Shown here one piece after another: positions 20,520 to 29,542 of a stretch of 36,449 nt of DNA; within the stretch, counting starts at the first letter, position 1, and each line of letters opens with the position of its first letter. Source of the DNA: a virus (Duplodnaviria; Caudoviricetes); IMG/VR virus record IMGVR_UViG_3300036796_000273, positions 1 through 36,449 of that record; one strand, given 5' to 3'. The notes beneath the pieces were generated by a model. It saw nothing but the letters and a program-made list of their open reading frames with translations. It did no database searches and was not told where the DNA came from. The position numbers and the translations under genes are program-made.

Positions 20520-21557
20520 ATGAGCAAACGCAACCGGGGCCACAAAAACACCCAGCCGATCACACAGAAACAAAGCGGGGCGCAGCATGTGGAGGCGTTC
20601 ACCTTCGGCGACCCGATCCCGATGCTGGATCGGCGTGAAATCCTGGACTACCTGGAATGCAGTATCGTTGACCGTTGGTACGAGCCGCCGATTTCATTCA
20701 GTGGCCTGGCTAAGACGTTCCGCGCGGCGGTGCATCACAGTTCGCCGATCACCATGAAACGCAATATTTTAGTGAGCATGTTCAAGCCCCACCGGCTACT
20801 GTCAAAGCAGGATTTTAGCCGCTACGCGCAGGATTTTATGGTGTTCGGCAACAGCTTTATTGAGGGGCGCTATAATCAGTTGGGCGGCCTGATGAAGCTG
20901 GCCCCCAGCCTGGCGAAATACACACGCCGTGGGATAGAAACAGACTCTTACTGGTTCGTGCAATCGTGGATGGAGCCGCATCAGTTTGCGGAGGGTTCTA
21001 TTTTTCACCTGATGGATCCTGACATTAACCAGGAGATTTACGGCGTTCCCGAATACCTTTCCTCACTTAACTCCATCTGGCTGAACGAGGCGGCGACGCT
21101 GTTCCGCCGGAAATACTACCTTAACGGCAGTCATGCCGGGTTTATCCTGTACATGAACGATGCGGCGCACAAGCAGGAGGATATCGATAACCTGCGCAAA
21201 GCGCTGAAAGAGTCGAAAGGACCGGGTAACTTTCGCAATCTGTTTATGTATGCGCCTGGCGGTAAACCGGACGGGCTACAACTGATCCCGCTGGCCGAAG
21301 TCGCGGCGAAAGATGAGTTTTTGAACATCAAGAACGTGACCCGCGATGATCAGCTTGCAGCCCAGCGCACACCACCGCAACTGATGGGGATTTTGCCAAA
21401 CAATACCGGTGGTTTTGGGGATGTTGAGAAGGCTGCGCGGGTGTTTGCCATTAACGAGCTGGCTCCGCTGCAAGAACGGCTGTGCGAGCTAAACGAGTGG
21501 GCAGGGGAAGAGGTGATCAGCTTCAAACCCTATGAACTGCTGAAACAAGATTTATGA
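20520..21557 (+). CDS. Q: Portal protein gpQ
   Basis: WYEPP...NQEIYGVPEY...SKGPGNFRNLF. Confidence 0.96.
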   Translation: MSKRNRGHKNTQPITQKQSGAQHVEAFTFGDPIPMLDRREILDYLECSIVDRWYEPPISFSGLAKTFRAAVHHSSPITMKRNILVSMFKPHRLLSKQDFSRYAQDFMVFGNSFIEGRYNQLGGLMKLAPSLAKYTRRGIETDSYWFVQSWMEPHQFAEGSIFHLMDPDINQEIYGVPEYLSSLNSIWLNEAATLFRRKYYLNGSHAGFILYMNDAAHKQEDIDNLRKALKESKGPGNFRNLFMYAPGGKPDGLQLIPLAEVAAKDEFLNIKNVTRDDQLAAQRTPPQLMGILPNNTGGFGDVEKAARVFAINELAPLQERLCELNEWAGEEVISFKPYELLKQDL

Positions 21558-21687
21558 GTTATTGGTTTATGAAATTTTCTAGTCCATACTTGATCTGATA
21601 CTTTTAATTTTCTGAGCTAAAGGCGGTTTAAGCTATATTTTCTGATCCAAACCGCTTTGTCAGGGATGTTTTTAATCTCGACGGTTA

Positions 21688-23445
21688 TCACTTAGGATAG
21701 TATATATCCATAAAATGTTTTTCGATTTCACCTATGGAGTCAAGAATTGGTTTGAATAAAGAAAAGTCAATGTCCTTCCTGTTTTTCCTAACGATAGAGT
21801 TGGCAAATTTGTCCTTGCCAAATGTAACTTTTGGATCGTAATTGTTACTTTTGTCAAATGTTTTTTCATCATGTTTCATGTTCAAGACTTTTTTTCTGAA
21901 AAAATCCTCCATACATGAATGATTATTTCCCTTTAATAGAGGGGTTAATACCACATAAAGATTATTTTCTAAATGAAGAAACTTGCTTTTTCTTACACCA
22001 TCTTGGTTTCTAGGTATGTGGGAGTATTCTTTTATAATATTATTAATAAAGTCAGATGGGCCAGTGTCATTGTCCAAAATAATTATAACTGGCTTCTTGG
22101 GGCGTTGTTTTATAAATTTCTTGCATTGTTCTTTGTGCCTCATGAAAAACCTTACATAGTCCGCAGCGCCACCCGAAAGGTCTAAGAAATATTTCTTTTT
22201 TGAATTTGCTTTGAACAGTGAAATCTTTAAAACTCTATTTTTTGATTCTTTGTCCACCTTAACTAGATTAGGATAGTTTAAATATAAAGAATCAATTGCA
22301 CATTTCAAGTAAATTGGATCTGTTTTACCTTCGGTCAAAATTGTTGTTTTTTCATTTCCATAAAAATATTTAAAATGTAAAAAATTACTGAATGCCTTTT
22401 CTCTTGAGCTCAGTCTCTGAGTGAAATCTATCCCAGCCTTCTTTAATACGTATTTTTCTGGATGCGAATTTTTTTTAACTTGAATTCTATTGTATTTATC
22501 AAGCATGTCGATATGAGTAAATCGACCTTCAAGCTCGTTTAAAAATCCTTTTCTCAGCTTTCCATTAATATCTTGAAGTGTGAATTCTCCATCTTTATAA
22601 AGCGCATGGGCCATAGCTCTAGTGGTTTTTATATAGTCCTTGTTAACATTTATTTTTTTGTTTACAGTTAACCCTGTTACTTGTTGTCTCGACGTATTTC
22701 TTAATACTCGTGTTTTATTCTGGTTGATTTTGAATCCTGCTCTAACTATCTCATTTATAAGCAGAAAGCCTAATTCATTAGAATTCTCATCGGTAACTAT
22801 TGTTTCAGGAAATTTTTTTTTGTTGGTTGAAAATGTTATATCATCTGCATACCGGCTGTAGCTGCATCCGAAAGTAGCTGCTAACTTTGATAATCGAATA
22901 TCTAAAATATTGCATATAAGGTTAGTTATCACCGGAGAGCAAGGGCTTCCTTGCGGTAACTTCTCATTAAAACAAGCTATTTGCGCAATGATTGTTGCAA
23001 TTGAAGGGTGTAATTTGAAATATTGATTCGCGATAAAATAACCACGAACCCTTCCAAAGTTGAATGTATTAAAAAAATCTTCCAAATCTATGTTCAGAAT
23101 GTTAGTTTTATTTCTATGCCTTTCAGCATTTGTTATTATTGTTCTGTTCTTTTCAAACCCATGGGATAGTTTTTGACTAATGTTGTTTTTTTTACAGATT
23201 TCATTTTGACACTCATACAATAAATTTGACAATCGCTTTTGTATGTCTTTTAATTTATCATTAGGGGCGGAAATTTCCCGGTCACCTCCAGATTTCTTTT
23301 TTATAATGAATTTTTTATACTGGTTTTCGGGTCTAATTCTATATAAAACATTTGTAAGGAATGAAACTTTAATCTGAAGTAGATCTGCTAGCTCAAATTT
23401 ATTCGTGCATGATTGGAGCCGTTCTAAATATGGGATGGTGAACAT
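21688..23445 (-). CDS. Retron Ec67-family reverse transcriptase fused to a TOPRIM nuclease domain
   Basis: 585 aa; LPQGSPCSP, YADD and retron region-Y VTG; C-terminal TEGKTD...LDND TOPRIM motifs; AT-rich. Confidence 0.93.
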   Translation of the reverse strand: MFTIPYLERLQSCTNKFELADLLQIKVSFLTNVLYRIRPENQYKKFIIKKKSGGDREISAPNDKLKDIQKRLSNLLYECQNEICKKNNISQKLSHGFEKNRTIITNAERHRNKTNILNIDLEDFFNTFNFGRVRGYFIANQYFKLHPSIATIIAQIACFNEKLPQGSPCSPVITNLICNILDIRLSKLAATFGCSYSRYADDITFSTNKKKFPETIVTDENSNELGFLLINEIVRAGFKINQNKTRVLRNTSRQQVTGLTVNKKINVNKDYIKTTRAMAHALYKDGEFTLQDINGKLRKGFLNELEGRFTHIDMLDKYNRIQVKKNSHPEKYVLKKAGIDFTQRLSSREKAFSNFLHFKYFYGNEKTTILTEGKTDPIYLKCAIDSLYLNYPNLVKVDKESKNRVLKISLFKANSKKKYFLDLSGGAADYVRFFMRHKEQCKKFIKQRPKKPVIIILDNDTGPSDFINNIIKEYSHIPRNQDGVRKSKFLHLENNLYVVLTPLLKGNNHSCMEDFFRKKVLNMKHDEKTFDKSNNYDPKVTFGKDKFANSIVRKNRKDIDFSLFKPILDSIGEIEKHFMDIYYPK

Positions 23446-23476
23446 AATAGGAAATTCCGTTATTAATTATGTTAAT

Positions 23477-23605
23477 GCACATGCAGGCACTCTTACGCAT
23501 TTAATCGTGGCGCTAAGATGACTCAACGTTTCTCAGAGGGCGAATATCCCCTACATTTTTAACACTGGTTGCGATACCACAACCAAAAAATCTACCTGCA
23601 TGTGC
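23477..23605 (-). ncRNA. Retron msr-msd non-coding RNA
   Basis: Perfect 11-bp inverted repeats (23477-23487, 23595-23605); candidate branching G at 23592; msr hairpin UGGUUGUG-GUAU-CGCAACCA; directly upstream of the RT. Confidence 0.9.
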
Positions 23606-23611
23606 CTTGCC

Positions 23612-23639
23612 ACAATAACATAATTCAACATTAAAACAA
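23612..23639 (-). promoter_or_regulatory. Candidate sigma70 promoter of the retron
   Basis: TTGTTT-N16-TATTGT with an extended -10 TG; predicted start coincides with the first inverted-repeat arm. Confidence 0.5.
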
Positions 23640-23904
23640 GAGCTTTTGATAAAAATGACTTATTCTTGTTGGTCAAGACTACATGTTGTTAACAATGCCT
23701 TATATCTTGAAGATGGTTCGGTGCTCAAGTCTACTTTTGCTCTAAACCGACTGTTAGTTATAATGATTTTCGACCACGGAACAATGTCAAGTAAGCTCTG
23801 AATCAATACATATTAAGTTGCTTATTGGAAATCAATCCAACAGGTTGTGGATGGATTCATTTGCATGTTTATGAGTAATTATTCATATACTGATGTATCG
23901 CCAC

Positions 23905-23981
23905 GTGACATGTCACAGGCGATTTATTTTATGAAAATGACATGTCACACAACTGTTGAAAATAAAACTGTGACAAGGCAG
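23905..23981. repeat. Phased palindromic GTGACATGTCAC-like repeats
   Basis: Copies start at 23905, 23937 and (degenerate) 23970. Confidence 0.7.
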
Positions 23982-24168
23982 GATGGTTTCGGTCACTCGG
24001 CGTGTGCCACGATGGCATTCTTATCAAATACATATTTTTTATCGGATTCGATCTAGATTTAAAAATAAAAAACACTGCATACTCTAAGTGCAATAGTCCG
24101 CATACTCTCTTTCATACCTATTCATCCTTGTAAGCCGCAGTCAATAAGGCTTTGATCTGTTTTTATAC

Positions 24169-24221
24169 TGCATAAAAAGTGAACTCTCCAGTATGCAGCG
24201 CGGGGGCGGGGGGGACGGCAC
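24169..24221 (+). other. Candidate cos site
   Basis: GGGGCGGGGGGGACGGCAC (24203-24221) resembles P2 cos GGCGAGGCGGGGAAAGCAC and is preceded by TGCATAAAAA; lies between portal and A. Confidence 0.5.
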
Positions 24222-24322
24222 GGATTCGGGGATCGATAGGGATCGTTTCTCCTGTCTCACACCCCATAAGGACATCTCCGTTGCATGGTCAGGGTTCTGC
24301 GAGATGATCAGATAGTGGATGC

Positions 24323-24362
24323 AAATAAAAAAGCGCCTTGCTACGAGGTGTAGAGGCGCTTT
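24323..24362 (-). terminator. Intrinsic terminator downstream of the HTH-peptidase gene
   Basis: Minus strand AAAGCGCCT...AGGCGCTTT followed by TTTATTT. Confidence 0.7.
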
Positions 24363-24438
24363 GGCGATGGTGTGATTTGGAATGTTATTGCTGTGTCATA
24401 ATCTAATATTCATTATATTGTATATCTATGCGTTTTTA

Positions 24439-25554
24439 CTAAATAGCTTTTCGCCTATAATTGAAGAGAGGAACGACATTAGAAGAATCTTCTTCGATAA
24501 CACTACCGTTCAAAGTCGGGTCATTTGCTAACTCTAATAGCATTGGCACAGTAATGTTAAGTCGATGAGCTAAATTTGACGCATTAATGTCCATTTCATT
24601 TAACAAAACATTCATAGCCTTATGAAACAACTCTGGTTTTTCGTGTTCAATCAAATAGTCTTCTTTTTCCTCAATAGCTTCACCTTTCCGCTTCAAGCCA
24701 AAAAATGCAGTTTTATACTGAGCATCGCTCAACAACGACAATTGGTGAGCTCGGTATATGATTGCCGCCTTGCTAACCTTCCAGGTTAATTTGAACTCAC
24801 TTAATCCCTGCCAGTCAATCCTTCCACCGATTGGGTGAGGAAAATATTTTGCCATTGCGCTACGAGGTAATAAAAGGGCTGAAGCAAATCTGTTCGCCTC
24901 AGACTCCGTTATACGATCTCCTGTTGATACACCTCCATGTAGGATGAGGTGACCAACTTCATGAGCAATGTCAAACCGTTGTCTACAAGGTGATTTTTTT
25001 GCAGTATTTCTTACAATAAAAGGCCTTTCAAGCGGCACAGATAATGCGTCCACTTCATCACTGACGGAGTCAAATGAGGTCACAAAAGCCCCCATTTTTT
25101 CAGCTAAACGAGTCATATTATCAATTGGGCCATAACCTAGCCCCCAATCTAAACGGCACGTTTCTGCTACCCGCTCAATTTCATCTTGAGTGTGGGCCTC
25201 CATTTCTTTGAACTTTACAGGCGGCAAATTAAGATTTTCTTCAAATACTTCAATAAGTCGTCTATAAAGCTCTGCCTTGGCAAGTGTTGCTAATTTAGTT
25301 ACCACTCGGGTTGAACTGCGTTTTCTAAAATGGACAATTTCCTCATTGAGATGAGGTTGCATTCCATCTTCGAAAAACGCGGTTTCAACCTTCAAAACGG
25401 CAGCTAACTCAGTAGCGAGTTCATTTGTGGGTACAGCAATGCCGGTCTCCAGCCGCTGAATGTATTGGCGGGTCTTATCGACCCGCTCAGCCACTTGCTC
25501 GAGGGATAACTCGTTAAACAGACGAGCTAACCGCAAATTAGAACCGTTAAACAC
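24439..25554 (-). CDS. XRE HTH plus ImmA/IrrE (M78) zinc metallopeptidase
   Basis: N-terminal HTH (LRLAR...LSLEQVAERV...IQRLETG); RQRFDIAHEVGH (HExxH) and ESEANRFASALLLP; GTG start. Confidence 0.92.
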   Translation of the reverse strand: MFNGSNLRLARLFNELSLEQVAERVDKTRQYIQRLETGIAVPTNELATELAAVLKVETAFFEDGMQPHLNEEIVHFRKRSSTRVVTKLATLAKAELYRRLIEVFEENLNLPPVKFKEMEAHTQDEIERVAETCRLDWGLGYGPIDNMTRLAEKMGAFVTSFDSVSDEVDALSVPLERPFIVRNTAKKSPCRQRFDIAHEVGHLILHGGVSTGDRITESEANRFASALLLPRSAMAKYFPHPIGGRIDWQGLSEFKLTWKVSKAAIIYRAHQLSLLSDAQYKTAFFGLKRKGEAIEEKEDYLIEHEKPELFHKAMNVLLNEMDINASNLAHRLNITVPMLLELANDPTLNGSVIEEDSSNVVPLFNYRRKAI

Positions 25555-25567
25555 TTTTCACCTACTA

Positions 25568-26167
25568 TTACCCATTGTTAAGCTTTTTATCGGCTGATTT
25601 ATCAGGCACTGATGGGCTGATATCATCCAGTTCGATAGACACAGGTTTTGGCGGAGTGTCGTCTGTAGAGTGCAGAACAGTTGTCCGATCATTACCATAC
25701 GTCCAAAGTGAGAGAATTTCTTCTAACTGATTGTAACCAACAAAGTGGATCCGAGCACCTTCCCCCTCAAATTCTGGTTTCTCTACAACAAAACGCCATA
25801 CAGTAGGGGTTGTATCGACGGGGGCAAAAAGCTGGTCCACACTATTTCTTCGGAAGAAACCCGGTTTTTTAGGGTTTTCAGGATCATCAGCAAAGAATCG
25901 AATTGGGATACCTTCAATTTCGAATGTGACATCCATTCCAGGGTTTGTGAGTTTGAGCCAATTATAACCTCCCTCCATGCACAGTTCGATTACCCGGTTT
26001 TTCTGCCGTCCGAAGGTGCATGTACCTCGCGTGTAATTGTCATCAAGAGAAGTTGTCAGTAGTTCAAACGTCTGGTCTAGAACCTTTAAAAGCTCTTTGG
26101 AAACAATGGTAAGGCGATCTTCACTTAACTGCGGGGTGAATTCCCAGGGTAAACGATGATTTGGCAT
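25568..26167 (-). CDS. Hypothetical protein, probable toxin/effector partner of the HTH-peptidase
   Basis: 199 aa ORF 13 bp upstream of the peptidase gene on the same strand; no family recognised. Confidence 0.7.
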   Translation of the reverse strand: MPNHRLPWEFTPQLSEDRLTIVSKELLKVLDQTFELLTTSLDDNYTRGTCTFGRQKNRVIELCMEGGYNWLKLTNPGMDVTFEIEGIPIRFFADDPENPKKPGFFRRNSVDQLFAPVDTTPTVWRFVVEKPEFEGEGARIHFVGYNQLEEILSLWTYGNDRTTVLHSTDDTPPKPVSIELDDISPSVPDKSADKKLNNG

Positions 26168-26181
26168 TCTTATTTTCTCAA

Positions 26182-26244
26182 TTGGTGCAAATTGTCGGGT
26201 TTGTCAATCAAGATGTTGGTGCAAAATCTATAGTTTGTCAACCA
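26182..26244 (-). promoter_or_regulatory. Tandem operator-like repeats upstream of the two-gene cassette
   Basis: Two copies, 34 bp apart, of TTGACAAAC-N7-TTTGCACCAA on the minus strand. Confidence 0.7.
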
Positions 26245-26293
26245 CCATAATTTGAATTAGCGCTGAATGTCTCCGTTATGAGATAGGTGACTT

Positions 26294-26638
26294 CTACAAA
26301 GTAGTCAGCATCAGCTTCTTATAGCCTGATGTTTGCCAACACTGCGAATCCCCCTGCATGCAGCACCCGCTCGGATCGCCCGGCAACGTATCGCCACACT
26401 TCCGGCAACTGCTTTTACGCAGCTCGGCCATCTGCTTATGCAGCAATTTATTGTCTTGCCGGATGAGGCCGATCAGGTATTCCGTCAGCTCATAAGGTTC
26501 CCTGGCTATCCTGCGTTGCTGGCAACCTTCCAAAATCATCGCCATTTCTTGGCTGTCTACGCGCAGGGTGATCGTAGTGATGCCGTTCGCCTTGTCACGC
26601 TGGCGCTGGGCGCGTTTACGTTCTGTCGGTGTGGTCAT
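26294..26638 (-). CDS. Hypothetical phage protein with Cys-rich C-terminus
   Basis: Starts 1 bp after the A stop; basic N-terminus and CRKC...CC...C cluster. Confidence 0.75.
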   Translation of the reverse strand: MTTPTERKRAQRQRDKANGITTITLRVDSQEMAMILEGCQQRRIAREPYELTEYLIGLIRQDNKLLHKQMAELRKSSCRKCGDTLPGDPSGCCMQGDSQCWQTSGYKKLMLTTL

Positions 26639-26639
26639 G

Positions 26640-29162
26640 TTATTCCTCCGATTTCTGTTTCGCTGCTTCTTTTCTCAGGTGGTCACCAACCAGGCGTGTT
26701 TGTTCTGGTATCTGCTGATGCCATAGCGCAGTGAGTCGCGTCAGCGCGGTAGTAGCTGCCGGCATTGTTTGCTGATACAGACAACCGTCGGACCGTGCCC
26801 GGTAGCGCTGACCGTCGATAGTGACCGTTGCACCCCTGGCCACCGATTTCAGAATGCAGGGATCCAGACTGAAACCGATGGACTCGGCGAAGCTGCCGAT
26901 CTGGCGTTCCAGCTTGCTGAGTGGCCGCTTGATTGTGTTAATGCCAGCACTGGCCGTAGATGGCCGGTGATTTTCAGCTTCCTGCCCATCATCCAAACTG
27001 AAATAAGCCAAGGCGCGTTGCTCCTGTTCGTGGCGTATTTGTTCCCGCCAGCGCTTATTGCTGGCCAGGTCTGGCAGTACCGACCTTATTGGTGGCAGAT
27101 TTAGCCCCTCGTCTGGCAATGCGAAGCCCTCGGCGACGGCCATAAATGGATTTTTCACGGGTTCCGGCGGAGCGCTGCGTATTCGCCGGAGCAACAACCG
27201 CCGTTCCTTGTCGGTTATTCGCTCAAAATCGAGGTTTTCAGGCGGTGGAGGTGGCTCCTTAACCTGTTTGGTTTTTAGCCTTTCCGGCTGTACCGTACAG
27301 TTATTGACAGAACTCCGAGAGGGCGCAGGCGCGCCCTTAAGGTCAACGGCCAGGTCAACGGCACGGGCCGGAACGAACTTCCATTCCTTCGTGCGGGTGA
27401 TAATTGGGGTATCCATCCCGACCGGTGGTGAAAACACACCCCGTATCCGGATCACGTCTTCGCCATAGTCGTTAGTGGCTTCTGCCGGCTCGTAGTAGGA
27501 GCGAACGATCAGGTCGTCACGCCGGACAAAGGGACCGCCCTGGGCGTTGACGTATTCAGCCCAGTGGCCATAATCGGCGGCATCATGTACGGCGGCAAAC
27601 TCGACACTGAGGCCTAGTGCGGTTTCATGGTCAGCCATGCGGCGCAATTCGCGGTAAACCGTCACCGGTGCGCCGCCAATAAACTGAAACTGGCGGATGC
27701 GCCAGCGGGCGGCCCAGGCGGATACCGCCGGGGCAACCTCTTTCAGCTCTTTGCCGCTGTCGTCGTCCAGTTCACCATCAAGTGCGTAACCGTCGATATT
27801 CTTTGAGATGTATTTGGCGATGTACCCGGTGGCGCTGCCTTTTTCCGGATCTATGGCTTCGGCGTGGAAACGGGCTTTTCTTGAGCGTTCGCTGTAAAGC
27901 TCGTCAGTGTCTTCCGCGCAGGCATAAGCGCGCAGGATATCGCGCACCTGGCCAACTACCTCGGGCCGCATGAATAGCAGCATATGCCAGTGAGGTGTGC
28001 CGTCACCGTGCGGCTCAGCCACACGGATCCCGAAGATACGGAACCCTTTACGATGTAGCTTGGCGCGCGCGCGTTCCCACACATTGCGCAGATAGCGCTG
28101 CGTTTCGTCCGGGCTGGCCCCACACCATTTCCGATTGCGGTGGCCATGTCTGTTGGTGGCATGGAAGCGGGAAGGGGCTGTCAGGGTGTAAAACTCCCCC
28201 ACGAACCCCATTTCGTTGCAGATATCCTCAAAACCACGAATGCGGTTCATCAGCTCGCACCGGCGAATGGCGGGGTTTGCAACGCTGTGATCGTATTTGT
28301 CGATCACCGAAATGCGGTTGCCTTCGTCGTCTTCCAGCTCCATCGATTTTAAGAATTCACGGGTGCGGTGTTTCTGCTCCCGCCAATCGCTGACGGTTGG
28401 CCGGCTGGCATAGGGTGTCGCTTTTTTGCTGACGTGACCGATAGCTATATGCAGGTGTTCTTTCCAGCGGTCAGAATGGCGTCGTAAACGGCGCAGCCAC
28501 CAATCTTCTGACATCATGCGCATGACTGCCGGTGAGGTGTTCTCCACTGTCATTTTCCAGCGGGCCACCTGATAGGTTTTCCACAGTGGCGGCTTTTGCT
28601 TAAACCTGCGGGTGAGTGCGGCAGCCCCTTTATATAGCGCCATGACGTTCAATAATTCAGAAGACCGGCCAGTCTCTTCGTCTATTACGCTCAGTTCCTG
28701 CTTGATGACAGCGGCGATATCTTTCGCCAGCAGTTCTATATCAGCTCGCCCGGTGTCCGGCAGATGGTTAAAGCGGTGGCACAGGGCGGCATCGCTGTTG
28801 TTATCGGAAGCGCGGTATTTATCACTAACGAGATCAAGCCGTGGCAATACGCGCTCAACAAAGTTTTTCGTCAAGTACGCATTGCCCCGGCGGATGCCCT
28901 GGGATTCTTCCAGCTTGTTGATGTGGTAGCGCACATCGCGTTGGATCAACTGTGGTTGTTGTTCTAACAGATGATGTGCGCGCAGGGTGGCGGCGATCTG
29001 CTCCTCGGTCTGTTTATCGATCTCGGCCGGTCGGTTCAGCGACGGATCGATAACCGGGAGCGGGGCATTCCATGAGAATGCCCATTTAAAAGCAGGTGCG
29101 CCGCTGCCCGGAAACGGCGGTGGTGGTGTGGGAGCATGCCGGCCACCGGAGTTTCTAGCCAT
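26640..29162 (-). CDS. A: Rolling-circle replication initiator gpA
   Basis: HUH motif EPHGDGTPHWHML and tyrosine motif GYIAKYISKNIDG. Confidence 0.96.
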   Translation of the reverse strand: MARNSGGRHAPTPPPPFPGSGAPAFKWAFSWNAPLPVIDPSLNRPAEIDKQTEEQIAATLRAHHLLEQQPQLIQRDVRYHINKLEESQGIRRGNAYLTKNFVERVLPRLDLVSDKYRASDNNSDAALCHRFNHLPDTGRADIELLAKDIAAVIKQELSVIDEETGRSSELLNVMALYKGAAALTRRFKQKPPLWKTYQVARWKMTVENTSPAVMRMMSEDWWLRRLRRHSDRWKEHLHIAIGHVSKKATPYASRPTVSDWREQKHRTREFLKSMELEDDEGNRISVIDKYDHSVANPAIRRCELMNRIRGFEDICNEMGFVGEFYTLTAPSRFHATNRHGHRNRKWCGASPDETQRYLRNVWERARAKLHRKGFRIFGIRVAEPHGDGTPHWHMLLFMRPEVVGQVRDILRAYACAEDTDELYSERSRKARFHAEAIDPEKGSATGYIAKYISKNIDGYALDGELDDDSGKELKEVAPAVSAWAARWRIRQFQFIGGAPVTVYRELRRMADHETALGLSVEFAAVHDAADYGHWAEYVNAQGGPFVRRDDLIVRSYYEPAEATNDYGEDVIRIRGVFSPPVGMDTPIITRTKEWKFVPARAVDLAVDLKGAPAPSRSSVNNCTVQPERLKTKQVKEPPPPPENLDFERITDKERRLLLRRIRSAPPEPVKNPFMAVAEGFALPDEGLNLPPIRSVLPDLASNKRWREQIRHEQEQRALAYFSLDDGQEAENHRPSTASAGINTIKRPLSKLERQIGSFAESIGFSLDPCILKSVARGATVTIDGQRYRARSDGCLYQQTMPAATTALTRLTALWHQQIPEQTRLVGDHLRKEAAKQKSEE
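27297..27326 (-). other. Rolling-circle origin inside gene A
   Basis: GCGCCCTCTCGGAGTTCTGTCAATAACTGT resembles the P2 ori as recalled; nick predicted between 27316 and 27315. Confidence 0.8.
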
Positions 29163-29245
29163 GCATGGTGGCCTGATGCTTTATCAAAGTGGTAAAATTA
29201 TTCATAATCATCCCGTTACGTATGCATCTAAATGGGATGAACAGA

Positions 29246-29542
29246 ATGCTTAATGACGTTGAAAAGTTGAGTGGTGAAGAAGTCGATGCCAGATTGAAAT
29301 CTTTGGAGTTAACTCTTGCAGCGCAAGGCGTAATGATTACGGCCTTATTAAAAGAATTAACAACAAAATCACCATCATCAATGGAGGCAATAACAGACCT
29401 TGTACGAGCCGAAATCTCACGCGTTACTAAACCTGAAAGTGATGAGCGGGCGGTGATCCAGCAATCGGTCAAGCAGGTTTTTGATAGTGCATTTGAAACG
29501 TCGCAAACTCTTAATTTAATCAAAGCTTCTTCCTCACGCTGA
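29246..29542 (+). CDS. Hypothetical helical protein, antisense to the early operon
   Basis: 98 aa amphipathic ORF; GGGA RBS; extended -10 TGGTAAAAT at 29190-29198; start uncertain. Confidence 0.6.
   Translation: MLNDVEKLSGEEVDARLKSLELTLAAQGVMITALLKELTTKSPSSMEAITDLVRAEISRVTKPESDERAVIQQSVKQVFDSAFETSQTLNLIKASSSR

Noticed and set aside
21618-21659. Inverted repeat GCGGTTT/AAACCGC between portal and RT
   Set aside because: The loop is too long to call a terminator confidently.
23465-23625. Outer 10-bp inverted repeat AATTATGTTA/TAACATAATT flanking the retron ncRNA
   Set aside because: AT-rich, and one arm overlaps the predicted -10, so it is probably not in the transcript; not called as a separate element.
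23847-24056. 69 aa ORF in the cos region
   Set aside because: GTG start, no recognisable features, and it runs across the palindrome array, which is better explained as non-coding.
23905-26244. Short spaced repeats considered as a CRISPR array, or RT considered as a DGR
   Set aside because: Only 2-3 degenerate copies and no cas genes; the RT has retron hallmarks and no template/variable repeat pair was seen.
27340-27362. Direct repeat AGGTCAACGGC x2 next to the origin
   Set aside because: It encodes AVDLAVDL within gpA and is probably part of the ordinary origin region, not a separate element.
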